Positions 19,584 to 28,617 of a DNA stretch of 28,617 nt are shown piece by piece. Source of the DNA: Rickettsiella sp. (lineage in GTDB: Bacteria > Pseudomonadota > Gammaproteobacteria > Diplorickettsiales > Diplorickettsiaceae); NCBI GenBank assembly GCA_031119195.1, contig JAVHYG010000002.1, positions 3,892 to 32,508 of the forward strand. Direction: 5' to 3'. The first letter of the stretch is position 1. Each line of letters begins with the position of its first letter. A program made the position numbers and the translations under genes. The notes under the pieces were generated by a model. That model made no database searches, was not told the origin of the DNA, and saw only the letters and a program-made list of their open reading frames with translations.

Positions 19584-19959
19584 AAAAATTTCCATCGCAA
19601 AAAGAAGACACCCTTAAAAAGGCTAATTAGCAATTTTGGGGGTGCAATGAGTATATTATACACTCCGGTTGCTCATCTTCGCAGCCTTATATAAAACCCA
19701 ATTACTGTGAGTATAGTTTGCCATAGATAGCTTAAGAAAGAAGATTACTTCTACCTTTTAATATCATTTTAGTCATTATAGGAAGAAAGACAAACGGAAT
19801 TGCCGTGGTATATTTCATCACACAAGGGTGAAAAGCAAAGTTTGTTCCCCACCGTTTTTAAGGGAAAAAACGCCTTCTTCCTTTGAATTCTCGTCGCACC
19901 AAAAAAACTTTAAATGTAATTTCGCATTTTTAAAAGTAATGGTATTCAGTTATTGAAAT

Positions 19960-21681
19960 TTAAAACGATAAGTCTCTATCCTTAACAAAATAATTTTTTA
20001 GCTTTTCTAGCTTTTCTTTGGTTAAAGGCTTTGACCACACCTCGTTAATACCTGAAGCCAAACATTCCTGTTTGAATGATTCATTTATGTGTGCAGTTAA
20101 GGCAACAATAGGAATGGGTGACTTTTTGGTAAATCGTTCCCAATAACGATATAAGATTGCAAATTCATTACCCTTTATCTCTGGCAATTCAACGTCAGTA
20201 ATAATGACATCAAAAAAATGAGTTTTTGTTAATTTAAGCCCTTTAATGGCAGTTGTTGCTATCACGACATTATAACCTTCACTTTGAAGAAGATTTTCTC
20301 CAATTTTTAAAGCAATGGAATCATCTTCAATAAATAAAACTGATTTTCTTTTCTTAGATAAATTCAATTCATCCACATTTTTACATACAGCTTGCGTATC
20401 CTCTGCTACTGCTTCTTCTATAGCATATTTTTTATCTTTTTTAACAACAGATACGACTTCTAAGCTTTTCTTTTTTTCAGGATTATTTTCTTCAAGCGGC
20501 ATCAGTAATGAAAAACTAAAGGTCGTACCTTTTTCCAACTTACTATTAACGTGAATTTTTCCTCCCAATAAAGTAACAAATTTCTTAACAATATAAAGAC
20601 CCATGCCATAACCTGGACTAACTCCTGCATAAAAATGCTTTCCGTGATAAAATTGATCGAATATGTACGGAAGCTTTTCTGGTAAAATTCCCTGCCCCGT
20701 ATCAGCGACACTAAATTCAATATAAGCGTTATTAGCTTCAGATGTTGGTAAAGGTAATTCCTTAATTGATAGAGTAATTTTTCCTTTTTCAGTAAATTTA
20801 ATTGCGTTGGTAATCAAATTTAATAAAATTCTTTCGAGCTTAATTCGATCACAGATAACTCGTTTCGAAATACTTACGTCAATATCCCAATCAAACATTA
20901 ACCCTTTTAATTTAATAGCCGGTAAAAAAAGACCTTTCAGTGACTCGAAAAACTCTAACAATGAAAAGGAATTTTTTTGAAGATCCTCTTCATTGACTCG
21001 CTCTAAGGAAGCCACATCAAGTATACTATTAAGTAAAGATAGCAATTCTTTAGATGAGTGATAAATAAGATTTATATCTACGGCATCTTGGCCTTTTAAA
21101 TGCTTTTTAAGTAAATCAGCTAAACCAATAATTCCGGTAAGTGGGGTACGTATATCATGACTCATATTAGCAAGAAAAATTGTTTTAGCTTGGTTGGCTA
21201 TTTCCGCAGCAATTTTAGCTTTTGCCAATGCTCGCTCAGCTTTTTTTCTTTCCGTAATGTCTGTTGATATACCTAATACACCAATAATATTATTTTTTTT
21301 GTCATATAAAGGCACTCGACTTGATAAATAATAAAATGTTCTTCCTTCAGGATTAGTTATAGGGGGTTCTTCGTGATTTAATTTAGCGATTCCTGTTCTC
21401 ATAACCTCTAAATCATCCTTTTTAAAGCAAGCGCCTTGACCATCTTCCCAATGTGCGCGATTAGCCATTTCTTCATAGCCCATGCCTTTAAAATCCTCAA
21501 TTGATTTCAGACCCAGTAACTTAGCTGTATTTAAGTTACAACCTAGTCCAATACAATTTCTATCTAACCAATAAATATTATTAGGCAAAGCAGCTAAAAT
21601 ACTTTTATAATAAAAATGGACTTCTTCCATGCTAGAAAACTTTGGCATATCCATTATATTTTTCCCCAAAAATTTAGTCAT
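19960..21681 (-). CDS. Soluble hybrid sensor histidine kinase (PAS/PAC-HisKA-HATPase-REC)
   Basis: PAC end [12 protein letters not shown]; H-box [10 protein letters not shown]; N box [12 protein letters not shown]; G1 DTGQGI; G2 GYGMGL; receiver IEDD...TDVELP...ALTAH...SKP; no TM segment. Confidence 0.95.
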   Translation of the reverse strand: MTKFLGKNIMDMPKFSSMEEVHFYYKSILAALPNNIYWLDRNCIGLGCNLNTAKLLGLKSIEDFKGMGYEEMANRAHWEDGQGACFKKDDLEVMRTGIAKLNHEEPPITNPEGRTFYYLSSRVPLYDKKNNIIGVLGISTDITERKKAERALAKAKIAAEIANQAKTIFLANMSHDIRTPLTGIIGLADLLKKHLKGQDAVDINLIYHSSKELLSLLNSILDVASLERVNEEDLQKNSFSLLEFFESLKGLFLPAIKLKGLMFDWDIDVSISKRVICDRIKLERILLNLITNAIKFTEKGKITLSIKELPLPTSEANNAYIEFSVADTGQGILPEKLPYIFDQFYHGKHFYAGVSPGYGMGLYIVKKFVTLLGGKIHVNSKLEKGTTFSFSLLMPLEENNPEKKKSLEVVSVVKKDKKYAIEEAVAEDTQAVCKNVDELNLSKKRKSVLFIEDDSIALKIGENLLQSEGYNVVIATTAIKGLKLTKTHFFDVIITDVELPEIKGNEFAILYRYWERFTKKSPIPIVALTAHINESFKQECLASGINEVWSKPLTKEKLEKLKNYFVKDRDLSF

Positions 21682-21838
21682 TGTGAAATACCTTAAAATT
21701 TACTACCGCTTGCTATAGAAAATGCAAAATTTTAAAATACCAGTGTGATTCTAGAATCTAGCTCCAAAGAAAAGCATAGCTTCCCTAAAGCAAGCTCCAC
21801 CTCTCCCTTTGAAAATCAACAATGCGGCAAGTAAGAAC

Positions 21839-21864
21839 TTGAGGTTGCAAATTTGCAACCTCAA
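21839..21864. terminator. Perfect 26-bp palindrome 17 nt past the NRPS stop (possible terminator or operator)
   Basis: TTGAGGTTGCAAA|TTTGCAACCTCAA. Confidence 0.6.
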
Positions 21865-21880
21865 ATACAATGGTTATAGT

Positions 21881-24800
21881 TTATCTTACTAAACTAATTT
21901 TTTCAGTTTTTCTATCCAAAAATTGATTTTTTAAATCAATTTCATCTAAACACTCACACACTATTTTTGCTAGTTTCGAAACATTTTCTACTTCAAATAT
22001 CGTATCATGCCCGCCTTCTACATCATGTATTTCCAAATATTTGCAGTATTTAGTCCAATGATTATCGGAAGAATTTATATCACGATAGACTGGCGACACT
22101 TCTTTAGCTTTAAAAAGCGTTAACGTTTGATCAGTAAACGGAAGTTTATAATTTGCATTTTGTTGTGCACGTTCCCACTGAAGTTCTAATAATTTATCAG
22201 CCGATTCGATTTTTTTATCTGAAAATTCTCTTTTCCACTTATCATATTGAGCTCTCATAATAATATCAAATAAATTCTTATTTTTTTTCAACTGAGCAGG
22301 ATAAGGCGCCCAACCATCAAATAAACCTATGAATGCTACTTCCTCGCTAAGACGTTTAAATTCTTGCGCCATTGCAATACTGGTTGTAGCACCTGCAGAA
22401 GCACCGCCTATTAAATAGGGTCCGTGAGGTTGAATAGCACGTATGGCGTGCACATACGCTTTTGCCATCTCCTCAACTGATTGAAAATGTAAGGCTAATG
22501 TTTCTATAGCTACATCCTGAATTCCATAAAGAGGTCGCGCACAATCCCATGTCTTTGCAAAAGCCAATTTAAGAAACCAAAATATTGCACCTCCTACGGG
22601 ATGAACCAAAAACAACGGCGTTTTATCTCCTGAATCATGAAGAGGAACAATACATTGTTTGAGAAATATACTTTTTCTCTTTTCAAAAAAGTTAAAAGGT
22701 GTACTTTCACATTTTATCTGTAATTGCGTTAAATAGTTAGCCAACTCTCTAATAGTGGAATAACGATATAAGGCCTTTAAATTTAGTTCTACTTTAAACT
22801 GACTTTTTATTTCTCCTAATAGTTGTAAAGCAAGTAGTGATTTTCCACCTAAATGAAAAAAATTATCTGAAATACTAATAGGCTGATTTATTCCTAATAC
22901 CTTAGCCCAAATAGCTTCCAATTTTATTTCCATTGGAGTGTTAGCACCCGTTATACTCTTTCTAAAAGAAGTTGCTTGCATCCCTAATGCTAACAAAGCT
23001 GTTCTATCAATTTTACCATTAGCAATTAAAGGAAAATGGGAAACAAAAGTGATAGTAGGTATTACAGATAATCTAGAAGTATTCTCTAAAAAACTTCGTA
23101 GCTCCGTTTTATTGAGTTGACTTCCTTCTTTTCGTATAACATAAGCTACTAATTTCTTAACGCCATTCGGTAATTGATGTACGAATACAGTAGATTTAGA
23201 AATTTGTGGATGTTCTTCACATGCGAGCGCTACTTCCGCTAAATTTACAAACGATCCATCAATTTTAACCTGATCATCGCAACGCCCTACATAGATGAAA
23301 TGTCCTTCAACTGTTTGATACCCATGATCCCCAGTGGGATACATGCGATCAAGGGGGTTATTACTATAAGGGTCTTGGATAATTTTTTCCTGAGTTAATT
23401 CAGGATGTTTCCAATAAGCTAATGCAACACCCGGACCACTCACCCAAATTTCTCCAATACATAAAGGAGGAAGTAAGCGTCCCCATCCATCTCGTATGTA
23501 AATTCTGGTATTGGCTACGGGTTTACCAATAGGACATTTTAAAGGCCATACAGGCATTGAGCTATCTAAAGTATAAGAAGTCACTACATGGGTTTCAGAG
23601 GGGCCATAATGATTAGTGAGTTTTATATGCTTATTTCTTTTAAAAAAAGCTAAGATTTCTGAATATAATTTTAGCTCTTCCCCAGCCACAATTATTTCAA
23701 GTAAATCCGGCCAACAATAATGTTGCTGTTGATTAGCGAATTCGCAAAAAATAGAAAGAAACGCGGTAGGCAAAAATAATATATTAATTTCATGTTGTGA
23801 AACATATTCGATCAGTAACGACGGTGTTAATTTGATATCATCTGGAATAAAATAAAGTGTGTGACCATTAAGTAAACTAAAAAATATTTCTTGTTGACAT
23901 ACATCAAAGCCGTAACTTGCAAATTGAGCCACTTTTAAGGTACGTCCAAGGTATTTTTTATTTTGCCATCTCACTAAATTAGTAATCGTTTCATGCGATT
24001 GTACCACTGCTTTTGGATTACCGGTGGTCCCGGAAGTGTAAACATGAAAAAGTGATTTTATATTTACACTTTTATTGTCAGCACCGTAATAAGGTCCATC
24101 AGTCTCTCCATTGACTCGTTTAAAACAAAACATCCGTGGATTTATTAATGAATTTCCTATTCTTTTTAATATTTTATCGATAAAAACTGTTTTTTCCTTA
24201 GGAAATTCATAGCCGATTTGGGCCTCTATCGTAGATTCAGTCAAAATCAAGCTAGGTTCACAATCTTCAAGAATATAATTGGTACGACGCTCAGAGTTTT
24301 TAATATCTAACATGACAATAACAGCTTTTGTTTTCACTATCGCTAATTGTCCAATTAACATTTTTAAATTACGGTCTACACAGATAGCAATAATATTTCC
24401 TGGACGTATTCTTTTTTTAAGTAAATACATACTTAAATAATTAGCACTATCATTAAGTTGTTTATAACTTAATTGTTTATCTTGATAAATACCTACTAAC
24501 TGATCTGGCGTCTTTTTAACTTGCTCTTCAAATAATTCAAGGATTGATTTAGGACTGCACTTATTTTCTGTTGCTCTCCAATCAGCAGCCATTAACTGAT
24601 ATTCATAAGAGCTTAGAAAATTCAAGTGATTAATAGGTTGATATGGCTTAGTGAGAATTTCCTGTAATACCGTTTGTATATGCCCTATTAATCGTTTAAT
24701 AGTTGTTTTATCAACACGATTATTATCGTAGTTGAATTTTAAACGTAATTTCTTATCAGGAATTGCTATTAATGTAAGTGGATAATGAACTGGATCAATA

Positions 24801-27800
24801 ATTTTTAAATCACCAAAGTCCATCCTTAATCCAGCACTAGTAGATTTAGGATAATTTTCGGTTACTACTAAGGTTTCAAATAAAGGAGAAGCAGAAAAAA
24901 TTCCACTCCACGTTTTAATATGCTCTAAAGGTGTATAAGCAAACTTGAGCATATCAAATATCTGGTCTTGTAATGCCCTGAAATATTGAGATACAGTCAT
25001 GTTATTCATGTGAACACGCAAAGGCAATGTATTAATCATTAAACCTAATGCCTTTTGAAAGTTTGGCGGCCTATTAGATACAGTAATTCCAAATATAACA
25101 TCTTCATTTCCAGCATGGCCGGCATAATAATGCAAAATTAAACCCCATACACCTTGGATAAAACTATTAAATGTTAGGTTCGCTAAATTACAGAAATCGT
25201 TTATTTGAGTTGTTAACTCCGTTGATACTTCAACCGTTTGACTTTGATGATCGGGTGATTTAAAAAAATCTTCCTTATTTAAAGGTTTTATAATGGGACA
25301 TTCTGTTGTTGATTGTATTTCTTTAAAGTAATCTTTCCAGAAATCACGAGCTTCTTTCAAATCACCCATAGATAACCATGTTATATAATTTTGATAAGAC
25401 ACAGGAATTGATAAAATCTCGTTAGCTTGCTCTAAAGACTGATAATATTGTCCCAGCTCTTGAAATAACAAAGATAATGACCACCCATCAAGTAAAAGAT
25501 GCGATACTGTAAGAACAATCTTATACTGACCGTTAGGTAACAAAATAGTATTTATACGTAATCCTTGTGGTTTATCCGGTCTAAAACCCAATTGTCTATC
25601 TGCCTGTAAAAATTCTTGTAATTCTTTATCTAAATCTTTTTCTGAAAAATTATCCCAATTATGATTCTTCCAAATAAGGGAAACGTCCTTATAAACATGT
25701 TGTAATGGTTCGGCTAAACCTTCCCATTCAAAAGCTGTGCGTAAAATCTCATGCCTTGCTACGAGATATTTAAATGCTTGGTGGAGTCTAGAAATTTCGA
25801 CGTGAGCATCGAGATCCCAAAGCAACTGTACAACATAGGATTCAGATTCAGGATTAACAAGATAATGAAACAGTAATCCTTTTTGCATAGGGCTTAATTG
25901 ATACGATTTTTGTATGGAAGTTGCACGGGACAATGAATTTTTATTAATTCCTAATTTTTTCATTTCATCTTTTTTGGATTGAGACAAATATTCTTCTAGA
26001 AATGCAAAATAATCCTTTAAAAATCTATTCATCGTTGTTTGATAAAAATGATTCTGGCTATAGTTACAATTCATATGCAGCTGTCCTTTTATCACTGCGG
26101 CTTCGATAACTATCAAGTGGGTACGTTCATTTTTTGGATGAGAAATTAAATTAAGACCTTTAAATTCAAAAGGACTATCTTTTGAAAATAATTGATCAAA
26201 TTGACCCCAGTAATTAAAACAAATTGCACTGCTGCCTATTAATTTTTTATCATAAAGATTCAGATACTTTTGTACGCCATAATCCAGCCCATTATTTGGA
26301 ATAGCGGCTAATTGCTCCGTCACTTGTTGAAGCAAACTATTTAAAGATGCTGGGCTTTTAATAGTAAACCGAAGAGGAAATAAACTTGTAAACCAACCCA
26401 CAGCACTCTCTAACTTCAAGGTAGGATCAATAGCTGATTCTCTACCATGTGTTTCTATATCTAAAATAATTTCTTTATTACCTGTACAACCAATAATTGA
26501 TTTAAGTAATATCGTAATTAACAATTCACGGGGACGAACTTCATTTTGTAACAATTTTTCAGTAAATTTTTTACTTAGAATTTGTGTTACATTACCGCTA
26601 TACCTTTCTGAATTGGCCCCCCTGTTATAATCACAGATTAGAGTGGGTGGAATAAAACCTTTATCATCTTTCTTCCAAAAATGACTAGAGTCAGTATCTA
26701 AAATTTTTTTAAATTTTTGTAAGGTACTTGACCATTTTCTAAAAGAACTCGCATGTTCAGAAAGAGAAAAACTCGGCAAAGAAAAATTTTTTAGTTTGTA
26801 AGCTGTTTCTAAATCTTGTAAACAAACTCGCCAAGAAATACCATCCACTACTAAATGATGAAGCGCAATTAATAAATAAGAATTTCTCGATGTAATGAAA
26901 TTTAAGTTTTTTAAAATGACAGCACCCATTACTGGCCCTGTTTCTATGTTAAAATTACTTTGTAACCGAATACTCCAATCCGTAACAATGGTTTGTAATT
27001 CACTTTCATTGGACCAACTTATATGATGAATTTGGGTTACGTCATTATTGTGAAATTCGTCCGGCTGCACATAGGTTTGCTGCCATCCTGATTCAGCTTG
27101 TTTAAATCGAAGTGAAAAAGTAGGGTACGAACTAGTCCATTTTTCCAAAATTTTTAATAAGCACTCAATATCAATGTCTGACTTCAATTCAATTAAACAA
27201 ACTTGACTAAATTGATTAGGCTTTTTTAATTTTTTATCAAAAAACCAGTGCTGTATCGGCGTCAATGGAAACGGCATCAACAATTCTTCACCTTCTTCAT
27301 AGAAAGAAATTTTCTCTAACTTAGTCGCTAATTCTGCAATGGTCGGTGTTCTAAAAAAGTCTTTAATTGATAAGTAATATCCACGTTGCTGCAATTCCGC
27401 TGAGATTTGCATCGCTAAAATGGAATCTCCTCCTAAAGCAACAAAACTCTCATGTATACCAACTTGTTCTCTATGCAATACTCGACACCAAAGGTTGGCT
27501 AGTAAAATTTGTTCCGAATTTTCAGGAGATATTTGCGCAGCTGCTGTTACAGGCAACATTAAATAGTCTTTTTTAATCAGTGCCTTTCTATCAAATTTAT
27601 CATGTCGAGTCCTGGGAAAATCTAAATCCTTCAAATCATAAAAAATATTGGGAACTTCATAATGCGGAAGTGTTCTCTTTAAAAAACATTGCAATCCTTC
27701 TACTGTTAAAGGGTCATTAATTGACGCTAACCCCTCCACTTTTTTTATATAAGCTACTATTTGCTTATGTTCACTGTCACCTATATGTTTAACTGCAACA

Positions 27801-28617
27801 GCAGCTTTTTGAATATAAGGGTGATTCTCAAGGGTCGCTTCAATACCTGCCATATTTATTCGTAAACCCTTTACTTTTACGAGGCTGTCAATGCGATCTA
27901 CATATTCGAAACTAAGTTTGTCATACTCATTAACCAAAAAGCGCACCAAATCACCTGTGGCATAGATATATTCTTCTGGAATAAAAGGGTTAGGGATAAA
28001 TTTTTCATCAGTCAGTTGTTTTTTATTTTCATAACCTCCACCTAGGCATATTCCTCCAATAAAAAGCTGACCCTCTTGACCTATACCCACAAGTTGTAAA
28101 TTTTCATCTAAGATATATGTTTTCACATTAGGTAAAGGTAAACCTATATCACTATGTAACCCAAAACTTCCAGGGGGGTGATAGGATACAAGCGTGTAGA
28201 TTGTTGTTTCAGTAGGCCCATAAGCATTCACTAGATGAAAATCTTTCCATAGTATTAAAACTTCTTCAGTGCATGGTTCACCCGCTGCAATCACATAACG
28301 TAAAACGGGTAAATTTGCAGGGGGTGTCAGTTGAAGCACTGAGGGCGGAAACCCTGCTATGGTTACACCATATTTCCGTAATGTATTAGCAAGGATCGGA
28401 CCAGGAGAACGCTCGCCCGGTGTGGGAATACGCAATTGCGCGCCATGTATCAAAGGAGCAAATATCTCCCAATAAGCAACATCAAAAGTAGATTCAGCAT
28501 AATTTAGAAATACATCTTTGGTATTTATCTCTAATTTTTTGGCTAAAGAAAAAACTAAATTAGTAACACCTTTATGTAACACTTTAACTAATTTGGATTT
28601 ACCCGTAGTTCCGGAAG
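21881..28617 (-). CDS. Non-ribosomal peptide synthetase, 5'-partial: A-T-E-C-A-T-TE
   Basis: Frame is open to the window edge (SGTTGKSK, A3 motif). T1 LGGDSI (27422-27433); E domain HHLVVDGISW (26840-26860), ETHGRE, VGWFTSLFP, FNYWGQ; C domain SHLLLDGWS (25484-25504); A2 YTSGTTGNPK, YGPSE, NGKIDR; T2 LGGKSL (22838-22849); TE GASAG (22391-22405) with LFD and GGH. Confidence 0.97.
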   Translation of the reverse strand, partial: SGTTGKSKLVKVLHKGVTNLVFSLAKKLEINTKDVFLNYAESTFDVAYWEIFAPLIHGAQLRIPTPGERSPGPILANTLRKYGVTIAGFPPSVLQLTPPANLPVLRYVIAAGEPCTEEVLILWKDFHLVNAYGPTETTIYTLVSYHPPGSFGLHSDIGLPLPNVKTYILDENLQLVGIGQEGQLFIGGICLGGGYENKKQLTDEKFIPNPFIPEEYIYATGDLVRFLVNEYDKLSFEYVDRIDSLVKVKGLRINMAGIEATLENHPYIQKAAVAVKHIGDSEHKQIVAYIKKVEGLASINDPLTVEGLQCFLKRTLPHYEVPNIFYDLKDLDFPRTRHDKFDRKALIKKDYLMLPVTAAAQISPENSEQILLANLWCRVLHREQVGIHESFVALGGDSILAMQISAELQQRGYYLSIKDFFRTPTIAELATKLEKISFYEEGEELLMPFPLTPIQHWFFDKKLKKPNQFSQVCLIELKSDIDIECLLKILEKWTSSYPTFSLRFKQAESGWQQTYVQPDEFHNNDVTQIHHISWSNESELQTIVTDWSIRLQSNFNIETGPVMGAVILKNLNFITSRNSYLLIALHHLVVDGISWRVCLQDLETAYKLKNFSLPSFSLSEHASSFRKWSSTLQKFKKILDTDSSHFWKKDDKGFIPPTLICDYNRGANSERYSGNVTQILSKKFTEKLLQNEVRPRELLITILLKSIIGCTGNKEIILDIETHGRESAIDPTLKLESAVGWFTSLFPLRFTIKSPASLNSLLQQVTEQLAAIPNNGLDYGVQKYLNLYDKKLIGSSAICFNYWGQFDQLFSKDSPFEFKGLNLISHPKNERTHLIVIEAAVIKGQLHMNCNYSQNHFYQTTMNRFLKDYFAFLEEYLSQSKKDEMKKLGINKNSLSRATSIQKSYQLSPMQKGLLFHYLVNPESESYVVQLLWDLDAHVEISRLHQAFKYLVARHEILRTAFEWEGLAEPLQHVYKDVSLIWKNHNWDNFSEKDLDKELQEFLQADRQLGFRPDKPQGLRINTILLPNGQYKIVLTVSHLLLDGWSLSLLFQELGQYYQSLEQANEILSIPVSYQNYITWLSMGDLKEARDFWKDYFKEIQSTTECPIIKPLNKEDFFKSPDHQSQTVEVSTELTTQINDFCNLANLTFNSFIQGVWGLILHYYAGHAGNEDVIFGITVSNRPPNFQKALGLMINTLPLRVHMNNMTVSQYFRALQDQIFDMLKFAYTPLEHIKTWSGIFSASPLFETLVVTENYPKSTSAGLRMDFGDLKIIDPVHYPLTLIAIPDKKLRLKFNYDNNRVDKTTIKRLIGHIQTVLQEILTKPYQPINHLNFLSSYEYQLMAADWRATENKCSPKSILELFEEQVKKTPDQLVGIYQDKQLSYKQLNDSANYLSMYLLKKRIRPGNIIAICVDRNLKMLIGQLAIVKTKAVIVMLDIKNSERRTNYILEDCEPSLILTESTIEAQIGYEFPKEKTVFIDKILKRIGNSLINPRMFCFKRVNGETDGPYYGADNKSVNIKSLFHVYTSGTTGNPKAVVQSHETITNLVRWQNKKYLGRTLKVAQFASYGFDVCQQEIFFSLLNGHTLYFIPDDIKLTPSLLIEYVSQHEINILFLPTAFLSIFCEFANQQQHYCWPDLLEIIVAGEELKLYSEILAFFKRNKHIKLTNHYGPSETHVVTSYTLDSSMPVWPLKCPIGKPVANTRIYIRDGWGRLLPPLCIGEIWVSGPGVALAYWKHPELTQEKIIQDPYSNNPLDRMYPTGDHGYQTVEGHFIYVGRCDDQVKIDGSFVNLAEVALACEEHPQISKSTVFVHQLPNGVKKLVAYVIRKEGSQLNKTELRSFLENTSRLSVIPTITFVSHFPLIANGKIDRTALLALGMQATSFRKSITGANTPMEIKLEAIWAKVLGINQPISISDNFFHLGGKSLLALQLLGEIKSQFKVELNLKALYRYSTIRELANYLTQLQIKCESTPFNFFEKRKSIFLKQCIVPLHDSGDKTPLFLVHPVGGAIFWFLKLAFAKTWDCARPLYGIQDVAIETLALHFQSVEEMAKAYVHAIRAIQPHGPYLIGGASAGATTSIAMAQEFKRLSEEVAFIGLFDGWAPYPAQLKKNKNLFDIIMRAQYDKWKREFSDKKIESADKLLELQWERAQQNANYKLPFTDQTLTLFKAKEVSPVYRDINSSDNHWTKYCKYLEIHDVEGGHDTIFEVENVSKLAKIVCECLDEIDLKNQFLDRKTEKISLVR

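Noticed and set aside
19305-19595. 96-aa minus-strand ORF overlapping the dnaE start
   Set aside because: 77-nt out-of-frame overlap with dnaE, no family motif, and it runs through a hairpin; treated as leader DNA.
3835-19807. Short shared words AATTGCCGTG (3835, 19798) and ACGGAATTG (3907, 19794)
   Set aside because: Matches of 9-10 nt are expected by chance in 28 kb, and the flanks do not extend.
606-27576. Other short track ORFs inside dnaJ, greA, the 3080 ORF, ugd, galU, mltD, lpxC, ftsQ, dnaE, the kinase and the NRPS
   Set aside because: All are nested in or antisense to well-supported CDSs, with no independent evidence.
28580-28582. ORF-track start of the NRPS at 28582
   Set aside because: The frame stays open to the window edge and encodes the mid-domain A3 motif SGTTG, so the true start is outside the window.
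21881-28617. Pyrrolizidine-alkaloid (PxaA-type Ser-Pro) NRPS interpretation
   Set aside because: A1 lacks the Ser code (DVWH...), an E domain is present, and no Baeyer-Villiger monooxygenase is adjacent in the visible region.
1-28617. CRISPR arrays, tRNA/rRNA genes, transposases, integrases
   Set aside because: No spaced direct repeats, cloverleaf or T-loop signatures, or recombinase motifs were seen by eye; covariance-model searches were not run.

Overview
AT-rich gammaproteobacterial chromosomal window. Gene content and style suggest a host-associated Legionellales/Coxiellaceae-type organism (Rickettsiella-like); this is an inference, not a database result. The backbone is housekeeping genes: dnaJ, greA, thyA, ugd-galU, mltD, a YafS-like methyltransferase, rnhA, lpxC-ftsZ-ftsA-ftsQ and dnaE. 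Several usual neighbours are missing from their expected positions (dapB-carAB, gloB, dnaQ, ddl, rnhB/accA, folA/lgt). Accessory material is interleaved: two orphan effector-like ORFs, one with a PmrA-type box, a ~1 kb multiply frameshifted pseudogene, a soluble PAS hybrid histidine kinase, and the 3' 6.7 kb of an NRPS cut by the right window edge. The visible NRPS architecture is A-T-E-C-A-T-TE. By hand reading, the last A domain has a textbook proline code (DVQFIAHVVK) and the first is Phe-like (DVWGIAAIYK) and followed by an epimerase. This points to a D-Xaa-L-Pro terminus, possibly a diketopiperazine, and is the most interesting element. The intergenic DNA is rich in palindromes, including a long interrupted inverted repeat that encloses a TATAAT hexamer and a DnaA box upstream of ftsQAZ. 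No rRNA, tRNA, CRISPR array or transposase was recognised.
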